Assembly (NCBI RefSeq): GCF_036321535.1
Contig: NC_087436.1
Coordinates: 6,944,001 to 7,008,000, forward strand
DNA length: 64,000 bases
Direction: 5' to 3'
DNA from: Camelus dromedarius
Taxonomy: Eukaryota
Positions 1-12,235 of this stretch are shown here, in pieces (position 1 is the stretch's first letter; every line of letters begins with the position of its first letter). The notes beneath the pieces were generated by a model, which was not told the DNA's origin, did not search any database, and saw nothing but the letters and a program-made list of their open reading frames with translations. The translations under genes were made by a program, and so were the position numbers.

Positions 1-72
1 TATCTTGATCCATTCAACCATCCACAGACACTTAGCTTGTTTCCATGCCTTGGCTATTGTGAATAATGCTGC
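1..72 (-). mobile_element. L1 fragment (3' ORF2/UTR region), cut by the window edge
   Basis: cacttagcttgtttccatgccttggctattgtgaataatgctgc is typical antisense L1 sequence and resembles 39540-39590. Confidence 0.7.
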
Positions 73-3000
73 CTGAGTCCATGTTTTTTACGTGCTATAT
101 AGCAGAAAATAATTTGTTAAACTGATGTTCACCCTTCTTAAAATCCAGGAGTAAAATCAGTCCAGTGGAACTGTGTAGAGGAATCCAAGAACATTTGGTG
201 TTAAAATTAACTTATTTAAATCATTTGGTGGGCATGCAAATGAGAATTACCTTTTTCATTGCACTGGAAGAAATGTTTTACTCATTGACTCAGCACATTA
301 TAACCGAGGGCATATTTAACGTGCTAACTGCTTTATAGTTAAAAAGATGCCACGATGGATGTACCCGACGGTCAAGGGGGTCGGGAAGGAGTGGACGTGG
401 GAACCTTGTTGGGTGTCCAGGTGCCTGTGAAGCAGCAGCAGGACATGTGAGGGGACCACGGTCTGAATCTCAGGCTCCGGAGGTTGCCGGTGGCTTTGAG
501 TGTGGTGAATATTACTTGGGTTTGTGACAAAATAGATAATAGTTTATAAATGATGAACTTTAAAAAAAAATGATAGGTTATGATTGGACTTGTATTTCTA
601 AATATAGAATGCTACGGGCACGCACTTAGTTTTAGCTTTTTGGAGCGGTGATTGCTGAGTGGTTATATCATAGTTGAAACAGCACCAGGACTAACTGTAA
701 GGTTTCATGAAGGCCGCGTTACTTCCGTTTTAAGTTTGCTGCACAGATAACCATAACATGTGTCACTCGTGGTAATTCTCCTTTTCTTTCTTTTTCTTTT
801 TTTAAGGAGAGAGAAGGGGAGAGGGAGGGAGGAGAGAATATGAATGGATCCCAGGATATGATCATGAATGTGAATGAATGAGATGAATGAATACGAGCAT
901 CTTTCTGGGATTTGAAAAGTCTGCTATAGCAGATACGTGACAGTCTTACTATGAAGTCTGATTTTGTGTGTGCGGCGGTGGCGTGGGGGCAGCTGTTTAA
1001 AAACTGTCTCTGATTTCTTCCCCTTTAGTAACTGTTAGATATGAAGTATCCACATGTGGGACTGTTAGAGAAATTAGAGATGGTAGATGCAGAACGTCCA
1101 GTACAACGTCTGGCGTTTAATAGGTAGTTGTTAGTGATCATAATTAAGTTACCCTCCATATAATATGGGTGGGATGATAGAGTATCATGGTTTAAATAAT
1201 GTCTTGAAGGAATAGGTTTCAAACCAATATTCTGGATACTTTATATTACTACACTGTGGAGACAGGCTGTCTCTGCAAAAATAATTGAGCCCACTGTCAA
1301 AACAGTAAACTGAATGCCGGATCATAAAGCTGCAGACGTCCGTTGTGTTTTGTGACTCAGTCTGGTTTAGTGTTTTTGTATTAGTCTTAAGGAAAACAAA
1401 ACTCCAAGACTCAGAAATATTGCAAACACACAGAATGGTACCAAAAAAAACAAAAAACAGTATGCTCCACTGAAAATCTTTAATATTACATACTCTTGCT
1501 GAAAATCTTTAATATTGGAATATATTTTGCAAACTTAAAAAAAAGTTAATACAGAGAGCCTTCTGTGTTTCTTGAAGGAATTTGTTTCCTTTGGGGGGAA
1601 GGGAAAAGGTCTGTGGGATAAATTATTTAATATGACATCAGTCAAATAAAGCCAGCTGTGAGTAATTATATCTGCTATTTGATTTCCAGCTGTTTTGTTG
1701 AACTATTATTGGCTCTCAAGGTATTTGGATATTAATTAAATGATGACTTATTGTAAAGGAGCCTTGTTTAAAGTAATGTTGCTTCAAATAGAACACTTAA
1801 AATGGGCCACCTGGTACAAGGTTTTAATTCTTTCTGGTGCAACTACTTTTTTAAAGTCAGTGCATTTTTAACTCAGAGGAAAACGTACAACTCAGATGTT
1901 TCGGTAGTGATTTTCTATGTATTCTATGTGTGTACATGGATAGAATTAAATGCATCCTCTCTTCCCCTAGAGATTTGCAAGCTCAAGTTACTCATTAGTG
2001 AAGAATATGTGTCAGATTAAGGATAGAAGCAGGGTTCTCCCCCCGCCCCCACCCCATGTTGGACACAACCATCAAACTGCAAGCAGTGGGTGCTGTGGAA
2101 GATTGGGCAAAAAGATCACAGGGGATAAGAGAGAAATCAGAAACAAAAGATTTGAAGGCAGAGAAATAAGAACTTGGGAAGTGAGAGCTGGACAATTGTG
2201 GGTCATTGCTCTGAGCACACAAAGAGTGGAGGCATAACCTGGACCACGCAGGTCCTCAGCGTTGGACGGGAATGGGCGGCTCGGTCTGAGGGGCACCCTC
2301 CCCAGAGTAAAGATGGATTTGTTCTGTAGGGAATACTGGCCAGCCCTGCTGCATTGGGACTGCAGTCATCACTTTATTATGGGATCTGAGCCTCAGGACT
2401 AGCCAGCCTCCAGCAGCTGGTGAGCTGCTCGCCACGGAGCCCTCTTGCCACTCAGGCTCTGGGATCCCTCAGTTCCAGACACTTTCTGGGGTTCATGGGG
2501 AGTGAGGAGGTACAAGAGAGGCTCCCTCCCTAGGAGCACACATCCTCCCAAGTACTGCCCGTCTAGGCTGGCTCCCTCAGGTGCTTCATTTTTATGTAGA
2601 AAAATACCAACAGTACAAATGAACCTGTGGCATTACCTCAGGAGTGATGCCCTAATAAATGCCTAGGGGGTCATGGGGAGGGAGGGCTGGCAGCGGGCTT
2701 CCTGGTCAAGGTGCCTGTCAGGAGGCTGGGAGGCGGGCCAGCCTGCAGTGGAGGCTGGGGCGGAGGAGCCCGGGTGGGACCCCGAGTGCAGAGTGCAGGA
2801 ATCACCGAGTGCCTGTGCATGGGGTTCAAATCGGTGGTCCACGAAGGGTTCCAGGAGCACAGGGGACAGCACGGAGAGCTGTCCAGGGTCCCTTATTTTG
2901 TCTGTGTGATGCATGGTGAGAGGCAAGAAAGTCCTGAACTGGAAATAGAATGAAAAAAGAATGACAGGAAACTTAACAGGATTGAAAAAATTAATTGTGT

Positions 3001-3524
3001 GAAGAAAGAGCTGCCACAAGCAACTCCAAGTGGGAAGGTGACTTTTCGGGTTTTCACTTGTACCGGTGGCCGAGGAGGAGGAGGAATCGGCAGAAGTAGC
3101 TGGTGTTTTGGGGGAAATGTAGTGTGACTTTCAGCTGCTGTTGGAGGCAATGCACCAGCAGCTTCAGAGGGTCACTCGTGGTGGCGGGGGCGGGAGTGGT
3201 CATGGTGGTCTGGGAGGACAGTCGGAGTCTAGGAGTTACTTGTGCAGTTGGGCTGAGAGCAGACGCGATTTCCTCCTCCTTAGAAGAGTGAGGCTCATGG
3301 ACCAGCCCAGGGGCTGACCTTGGGGCTGACCTTGGGGAGACCCCTGAAGCCTGCAGAGCCCTCAAGGGGCCCAGGAGATGCGGGGGGTGGGGTGGGGCAC
3401 TGTGTCCCCTTCCTGATGTGTCACACTCCTCCCTTTGCTGTCTTTTCTGCTCATTGCTTGTCACTCCCTGACACTCCTGATACTCTGCTTGGTCAGTGCC
3501 TTCTGTCCCTGGACCGTGATGGCC

Positions 3525-3597
3525 ACAGGACAGGGTTTTTGTTTGTTCTGTAGACTGGTGCACCCCTGGCACCTACAACAGTGCCTGCACAGTGGGG
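3525..3597 (+). mobile_element. L2 3'-end remnant
   Basis: gacagggtttttgtttgttct...cccctggcacctacaacagtgcctgcacagt resembles the L2 terminal motif. Confidence 0.5.
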
Positions 3598-4751
3598 ATG
3601 GGCAGTGCTGTTTTGTTTTAGAGAGATCACGGGTGATCCCTGAGAAACAGATTTCAGTGAACTTCAGGGCAAAGATCGGATTCCAGAAGGTTGTACAGTA
3701 ACTGGATAGTTGAGAGCAGTGACCAAAGGGGTGTACCTCATTCCAGAATCTTGGCAGAGAGAGTGCTGTTGCTGTAAAGGACTTGGAAGGGTCGGGGAAG
3801 ACAGCCCAGGCGGGAACGTGCGTTTCTGAGACGGGAATTGGAAGTGATGGGGGAAGCACAGTGTTAATGGTCTAGAAATCTGGGGGGTGTTCTCACTGCA
3901 CGTGTAATGCTGTGTGCTTTCTGAAGGGCTTACTAATTTCAGAGAAGATACAAAAAGGGTGATAAAGAAGAAAAAGTACACATTCTGTTTTTTCCTGTTC
4001 TTTTTAAATTTGTAAACGTTTAATTTTCTCTCAGGGCACCAATACCGAAGGTAGAATCATCGTGAGTGTTTTGGGGGAGGGGTGTGGGGTGAGGAGGGGT
4101 CTGCGGGTGCGCCAGACCTCCTTCTGCGTTGCAGAGTTCTGCACCGAACCTTCTACTCACAGGTGACCGGCCTCCTTGGATAGATGTTTGGTAGAGTCCC
4201 CACTGGCGTGCTGAAGTGTAAGAGATTTGAAAAGACCAAGGGGACCAGTTCAGCAACATCTAATATTTTCCTTTGTGAGTAATGCAGTGCCTTAAGAGGC
4301 AGCATGTACCTGCCATGAGTGTTAGTTAGGGTTGAGGAAGGTTAAATGACACGCCAGGTCCAAGTAGTCTAATGTCGTAGATTTGGTTCCATAATTATCG
4401 AGTGACTTTATTTACTAACATTTTCTGCTAAAAATGATGGTCAAGCCATAATGAAGTGAAATTTAAAATAAGACAGGGATGAATATATCTAAATAAATTC
4501 CCTTAACCTCCATCATGTCTCCAAGTGACACAGTTCTTAGAATAACCTGGTGCTGCTGCTCAGAGCATTTTTAGACTGTATCTTGGTGGTGTTGTCAGAA
4601 TTGCTTAGCGAATCCCACAGGGAAGTTACCTCTTCCCTTCCTTCTCATCCCTTCCCGGCTGGGACGGCTGCTCTGCGGTAACTGGCTTCCTGGGGTGGTA
4701 GGTCCCTGGCGCCTGGGGAATCTTGGTAAGGATGCTCTGAGGGCTCCAGGT

Positions 4752-4781
4752 TGTGTGTGTGTGTGTGTGTGTGTATGTGTG
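4752..4781. repeat. (TG)n microsatellite
   Basis: Visible alternating TG run with one TA interruption. Confidence 0.9.
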
Positions 4782-7436
4782 GTGGGAGGTGATGTCAGGG
4801 TATCGCTGTTGTGAAGGCCAAAGGTCTTTGTTTAGGATGCTCATTTCTGAATGTGATGGATTCTGTCACTGAGATCGGACGTGCACACGACAGATTTAAG
4901 CCACGTCCTGTGCAGCTGGGGGAGGCAGGACAGCTGCAGGAGCATGAGGCCAGGTGTTAGATGTTTGAAACGTGATCGAAAGGCAGGATGCTTCAGAAAC
5001 TACAGCCCGCTGCTCTTCCCGTGGAGCGCTTGATTAGAATTGTGTGTACGTATTTTAATAGTCTCTGTTGCTTCTCCACCATTTGGAATGTGCTTCTTTT
5101 TCTGTAACTGCTCCCCCCCACCCCCCACTTATCTGGTTGGACAGGTAACTTCTCTTCGCAGCCACCTCTCCTATTACGGACAGATCTGAAAGAGATCAGC
5201 TTTGAATCATACGTAAAATTTCTTCAACGTTTTCTTTCATTTCTGACGAACAGAGCTGGAAGGCTTTAATTGCATATGTGGAATGTTCTCAGCTGCTTCT
5301 CTTGTCCTCTTGAGAAATGGAAAAGTTGGAGAATAAGAGATACTATTGGTAGTTTCACTCCTCTGTAAAGCACTCAAGATGGGAAAACAGATGTCAAATT
5401 ATTTTCGTCTTTTGTCCTAGAAAAATGGCAGCAGTGAGGTTTTCTATATTTAAAACCTGCTTCCATTCAGAAGAGCTTCCTCTCTGCTCAGAGGCGTTGA
5501 AGAGCCTGTGTCCTCGGTGACCCTGGCCTCTGTGCCTTTGTTATGCAGGGCTGTCTGAGCTCCCGCTCCTGCAGGAAGACTGACATTTGCACCGTGCATG
5601 GTTCAGAATGCAGCCCGTTGAAGGAGCATCTGGAGTTAGATCACCTTTGGAAGTTCAAGTGTCTTGATGGTGGTTCTGCAGAGCCAGGCCTGCAGCCGGG
5701 GTTTTTGGAGGTGGGGGGGTCCCCTCCACCCACTCATGCCAGCTGGGTTCCTGCAGGGTTAACCAGAGCCAGGCCATCCCTGGGAAATAAACACCAAGCC
5801 CAGAGTTTTAACTGTGTCATTATAGGAGAACTGGGTGGGGGTGGGGCGTGTTTGGCTCATTTTTCAAAAAATTGAAATAGAAGACAATCCAAGCATCATT
5901 TTATCCAAGAGGGAGGGCACGTGTGTGCACATGTGTGTACAGCTGATTTGCCTTTCAGGTTGTACTTAATCAAATGTTCAGTGAGAACTTAAAATGCAGT
6001 CACTCTCTGCCTGCTTGCTCATTCACAGAGCGCAGAGGCCAGGTCGGCATTCAGTTTACGGCAGGTGCTTTTCCACTGTGGTCATCTCTACACGTGACAT
6101 TAATATCTGACTACACACTTTGCAGTCTGAGAGCCTGAGATAAGATAGTTACTTCAAAATGAAGGTGTGTTTCGACAAGTTGTCCTTGCTGCCTGAGGGA
6201 CGTGGACTCCGGGAAGCGGTCTGCCTGGTGGTGTGCAAGGTCCTGAGGGGAAATGCACCGACTCCCAAAGCAGGAATTGTGGGCTGATCTAGATGCTTGA
6301 GAGTCTCCTTATTTTGGTCCACAGGATGAGTTTTTAGCTACAACTCGTGTCGACTATTCTAATGAGAAAGTTTAGCTTTCGCGAGTGACACTTATTTGCT
6401 CATGGGGTTATTTCCCTTGCCTGTGACAGTGACCATGGGGTGTGACCAGCACGGCTCATCTCACGGCCCTGGGATGTCTGTGGCCACTGATCCACTGACG
6501 CGTGCATTGTCTTCAGGACGAAGGAGACAGAGAAGGAGGCTCTTGTGTGACAGTCCCCTGCTCCTTGAACTCAGGAAGCACCCCCCCCCCCCGCCAACTG
6601 CCTCCTGAAACGTGACTTTCCCAGCATCAGGTGGGGTAGCCGTGAATGAGGGTGTGCTCTGGTCAGCCCCAAGGTCCTTTTTGTGATTTTGTGGTTCATT
6701 CAAGACATAATGACTTTATAATTGCTTTTGTCTCAAGTCAAGGAATTGTTGAGAAACACTTTTTTTTTTAAGCTGTAAAGAACACCCGAGGAAATTTTGG
6801 TCAAACAGGAGAGCTGGAACCTGTGTCTTGATTCTGGAACTCCTTGCCCTCATGTCCTGTGAGGGTGCAGTGCCCCAGGGCCCCTGGCTGAGGACACCCC
6901 GCCCGGCAGAGTCGCGGGGGACCAGTAGCGCAGCGCCAGGCTGCCTGGGCTCTGACCTGTGAGCCTGAAGGAGGCCCACCCCTCCGGGTGCACGTGAACG
7001 AGCTCAAAGACATCCTTCCCGGGCCTGGGGCTGGACTGGCTGTTGAAGAGCATGCTTAAGAATTTGCCTGGACGTTGAACACTCCACCCGGGATTTTTTT
7101 CTTGCATTTCCCTGAAGGGTGAGGTGATGTCACCCTCTGGGATATGAGGCACCAAGGGCACAAGACGCCTCAGCAGTGTAGTGATGGGACATTTTGTTTT
7201 AAACGCCCTGGCCCTTTCCCAAGACGTGTGTGGTGGGGTGAGGCGGGCAGGCTGGTTCGGGATGCTACAGTAAGTGACTTTAGTGAGAGTACTGGTGGGC
7301 CTGTGTTCGCCCCCTGGCCTTGTGTCCCCTTTCATTAGGGACAGAGGAGAAAGGACCCCTGGTGTTCCCTGTGAAGACTCGGGTCCCCTCCGTGTGACTG
7401 TGCGTGTGAGCAGGCCCTGGAAGGGCTGTCAGGCTG

Positions 7437-7455
7437 GCCCGCCACCTGGTGGCCA
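7437..7455 (-). promoter_or_regulatory. Candidate CTCF site
   Basis: Minus strand reads TGGCCACCAGGTGGCGGGC, close to the CTCF core consensus. Motif match only. Confidence 0.5.
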
Positions 7456-10400
7456 TTTGCAGAACTGTCTCTGCCGAACCAGGTGGGGGTGGCACCGCCC
7501 GGCCCTGGCACCCAGACTGCAGACACGGTCCCCTCTGTCCCTTTTACTCCTGGGGGCGGTGTTCACTGGGGCTCCTGCCTTCCATCACCCCCACTCTGGC
7601 GAGAGGACTGCCCCTTTCTTCCTCTGCTTCCAGTGGGTTCACTGCCTGGGGCCGATGCAGAGATGAGAACAAGGGGTAAAAGGTAACAGCACCTTTGTTC
7701 AGAGCGTTTATTCTCTGACCGAGGAGATACAGGGTGGACCCTGGTAGGTAAAGTGACCGCACACCTGTGGGGGCCCCAGTGAGAGCTGCAGGGGCTCAGG
7801 TGGGAGACAGGGGTGGGCGAGCACTGTTCACCAGGTCAGAGGGAGGGGAGTGTGTTTTGAGGGACTTTGTGTTAGTCTGGACCCCAAAGCTGCTGGCCGT
7901 TTGTGTGGAAGGGGTGCAGAGGTGGCTGGTGTGGGCTTCACTGGGAGCCAGCCTGGGGAGCTCCGGAAGCAGGCGGCTTGAACAAGACAGATGTGAAAAG
8001 TGCTGGCAGGTGTGTACTCTACCAGCACACCTGGTAGAGAACCTGGCTGTGTAAAGCAGACATCCCGGTGCCCTTTAAAAATCATTCATTCAACTTTTTT
8101 TGGGGGGGAGATAGAGATACATATGAAAAGATGCAATGATTTATAAAAATTCCCACGTCCATAAATTCCAGGACTAGTTTACATTTTATAATTCTTGGCG
8201 CTCCTATATTCAGACCTTATAGGTAATAAAATCGGCTACTCTTTCAAAGGTCTGTATGTGCCGAGTGTTGTTACAGTGTTATGCTTCAGTGACACAGCCT
8301 GGGCGGAGTAGAGAGCGTTCACCCTGTAGCACATCCAGGGCACACGTCTCGGCGGCGATGGGGTGAGGATGAAGGCTTTGCTCCATTTGACACCCCAGCC
8401 CATATTCTTCCCACTGTCCTTCTGAGGTTGGTTTTAAAACATATTTTAGTGTAGAAGAATTGGGGCTTTCACAGCTGAAATGCCTAAGCTTAGCCCCGAC
8501 GTCAGTAGGCACAGCAGGGCTGGCCGACTTTGCGCCTGTCTGCCCCTCCCTAGTTTGGCCGTGGACGTAAGCTTGAGCCTGGGACATTCTGGCTTGTACT
8601 GTCCTTGGTGACAGCGTTCGGGACGTTACTCTCAGATTCCTTGCCGGTGATCTTTGGCCAGGAAGGGTAAATTCCCTTCCCGTCTTTGCGAGGGAGAGTA
8701 ACCTGGGTGGGCAGTTCCTGGTCCTGGGGCTGCTGGCGGGGCAGGGGGTGCTTCCCTCTGTCCCCTCTGCCCCCCGATGTCCCCTCCCCGGCCCCTGGCC
8801 TTGGTTCCTGTCCCCACAGGCTGCCAGCTGTAGCCCGTCTTGACTTTAGTTTCTTTGATGAGTTAGATGCAGTCTTTTTAAAGGAATCAGTCTTACTTTT
8901 TTTGTTTTTTAATTTATCCTACAACAGAAAGGTTGTACCTTTGGCTACCTTACTCCTGACTATAGTTTAAATGCATAGCTTCATATGTAAAGCAAAACTC
9001 ATTTTAAAGGGAAAGGATTTTTTTCTCCTAGTAGAGCACACAGTGTGGGCCCCCCCCCCCCAGTTTACAGAGTCTGTGGTGGCGGGGAGGGGTGTGTGAG
9101 GGGTAGTTCCTTTCCCTCTGCTCTTCAAAGATCATGTTAAACTCACCGTAAGTTGCTAGCCAGCCCCTAGTGCTGGTAAACAGGGAGATTCAAACCTAGC
9201 TGTCAGTGAATTACATGTGTGCTGCGAGTCAGGCTGCGTCCGGGGTGAGTCTACAAGGGGCTACGAGGGAGGGTGCCCAGGGTGGAGAGCCCTCCCCGAC
9301 TTTCCCGTGGGGCCTGGGTTGTGTTCACAGACTCCGAGCCAGAGGGTTCTGTCAGGCTGTGAGCCGCCACTGTCCTAGTCACTTAGAGGGTACTTTTGGG
9401 TTTTGATACATGGTTTACATTTGGACCAAAAAAAAAAAAAAAATGAGAGGGAGAGAGAGAGAAGAGAGTCTTTTTCATGGAAAACTGCATTCCAGTTGGC
9501 CGGCCAGTGTTCTTGCCTCCTGGTCTACAGTGGTTTTATGACTTTTATCTGCCTTCAAATAACATCTATTTTTGAAGAAAGGATGTCCTTCCTAGAAGAG
9601 ATCTATTGTTCTGAAAAAAAAAAAATGCTGCTTCCTGGTTAAAACAACAGGTTCCTGTTTGTATCCAAGACCAGAGAACTTGGGGGGAAAATAACTTTAA
9701 AGGGCCCTTACAACAGTCCTAGTCACGTGACTTTGACTTGTCTCTGGTGGTGCAGTGCAGGGCGTTAGAGGGTTGTTTGCAGACCAACGTTTCTTGACAC
9801 AAAGGACAGTCGGAACACTCTCGGTGATTAAGCATGTCAGCGTGGTTTTTTTTTTTTTTTCCATCATCAGCTTTGTTGAAATGTAACTTCATTCTGTGAA
9901 TGTCTTGCTTGTGCAGAGGGAGAAAAAGAGATTCCAAGAAGATAAATCCTGGAAGGCCACAGGTTTCATGGTTGCTCTTAAGAGGAAACTCGCTCTGGGA
10001 GGCAGCGAGTGGGGCAGATTTTGGGTTAGCTTGGGAGCTGCCTCATTTCCTTGGCTGTGAAAGCAGCTCCTCACCCACTCATAGGTTGTATTAATAAAGG
10101 CCACAGAGGGGAGAGGAGGGCAGAAAGTGTAGGGAGCGCGGCCGGGAGGGGCCCCTGGTACCCGCGGATCTCTTCCTTCCCCGCTGGTGCAGTTGATCTG
10201 TCTTGGGTGCGCTGTGAAAGTCTGGACCACCTGCAGATGTGTTTGGACCTAGGAAACGCAGATGCTGACAGCCAGCCCCCAGGGAAGAGTCCCAGCCCGC
10301 AGGTCACTCCAGCTTGTGTTCCTCCATCTTCTTTAGCTCTTAGGGCAGACAGGGTGCCCCGAGGGAGGGTGGGGAGAAGGCGAGGTCGCTGGACCCCTGG

Positions 10401-12235
10401 GGAGAGGGTGGGAGAAAATGGTAGGAAGATCCCCAAGGCCCGATCTGCGCGTTCCAGAAGACCGCCCGGTGCACCTGCCCCAGGAAGGGAGGAGAGACGT
10501 GCCCCCCCAGCACCGCCTTTCAGCCTGTCAGCGCCATCTGCCCTCCTTGCAGTCCCTCATCGCCGGGCAGCCTGGTGTCTGCCTGCCGGGCTCTCCCCTG
10601 GAGAGCAGCGAGGTCGCAGACCCTCCTCTAATTTCATTTCCTTGCTCTTCGCTGTTTTCTTTCATCCGTCAGAGTCAGATTCTCCGGTGCCTTTTCTGAA
10701 GCTTTTTGGCTCTTCCTCATCGCCCACACCTGGGATGGTTGCAGGTGACACGTGACATGGACACGTGTGTGTGCCCCGCCGGCTCGACAGTTTCTCACCA
10801 CTCCTTCCTAAGAGATCTCAGGTTTAGGCAGACTCTATCCATAAAGTTGTCTAACTAGCGAGACCGAACTGCCTTCCACGTGACAGCTTCGTGTGGAAGA
10901 ATGACGCCCACGCCTCGCGTTTCCCAGCTCGCGAGGCTCAGACCATGTGAAACAGTTTCCTTTGAGCTGACTTACTCTGAGAGTGATAGAGGGAGCTCCG
11001 GTCGTCATGTCGTGTTGAATTCACTTGGGAAGCTCGTGGTCTAGCTAAGTGTCTGAAGTACTCGCACAAAGCCCCTGCACAGGGCTCCTTGCTTGTGTAT
11101 TGCCGGTGTGATACATGTTTAAACTCACCCCTCACCCCTCCAAAAAACCCACCATGACTCTGTAAGGTGCAGGTGATTTATCTGTGCGGCTGCAGAAGGC
11201 CTCTGGTCTTTTAAGGGTGAAGGCTGTTCTTCCCCTCCACTCTATTTCCAACCTTGCAAAGTCTTATTCTGTCATTTTTCTTTTTTTAAGACTTCTCCCT
11301 TCTCCAGCTTTCGAAAAATCCTATTTCTTTCTGTCCTTTCCGAAACAAACTTTCTTGGTCAGTGTAGATTTATTTGGCGGAGGAGTGCTAAGTGAATGTA
11401 AATGGGCTTGTCTGTTTGCTTAGAGGGAGCAATCTTAAGCCCTGGACAGTTATAACAGGTTGATGGGTATTTCAGGGAAAAAAATGTAAGACTTTCGTAT
11501 TAGATTCAGGCTGTAAGCACTTCAGAAATGGGAGGGCAGTCTTCACCATTTAATGACTGCAAGAAACTACACACATTTATAGTATCTAAAATGGAATGTG
11601 AACTTTAGGATTACTCAGAAGGACCTTCCATTACAAAGTATTAAAGAACATTTCTCATTAAGTAGCACATTTTTTATTGGCTTTCTTTGCCTGCAAGTAG
11701 AATATTATAATTGGAGTATGATTGCTTCTAAAGATCTATTAGCTTCAGGAGTGCACACGTTGATAATTAGGTGGTGGGAAAGCTTTTGTTTAGCTTTCTG
11801 ATTTGTATTGAATTTCTAGGTCTAGTTTTAGATTTCAGTCTTAAAGTAGCTTTTGAAAGGTCTGTGGGAAATAACAAAGACTACAGATGAATAGAATTAA
11901 AGGCTGTCAGTTTATTTGAAAGTTGACCATCAGAGGGTGACACTTTAAATTTCTGGTATTGATAGATTTTAAATTGGGACACTTGAGAATTATAAATGAG
12001 GTCCTCCCCCCCTTAACACATCATAGTATTGTTTAAGGGGTACAGTAAAATATTTTAGGCTGAAAACCCTCTTGGTACCTTCTTAGAAAGGTCTCAGATT
12101 CCTTACATAGTTATTCTGTGAGTCATTGTCCCTGATCTGTGCCCTTAGTATATGAAATCTAATTGCACGTCTAGTTTGGCTTGTTCTCAAAGGTATTCCC
12201 AAGGTAATAGACTTTTTTCCCCTTAATCAAAAGAG

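Noticed and set aside
1470..1516. 18-bp direct repeat CTGAAAATCTTTAATATT with a 29-bp period
   Set aside because: Only two copies; an ordinary small tandem duplication, not an array.
10051..10755. 234-aa ORF on the + strand
   Set aside because: Low-complexity P/R/G/S-rich translation of GC-rich intron, non-ATG start, no recognisable domain or exon boundaries.
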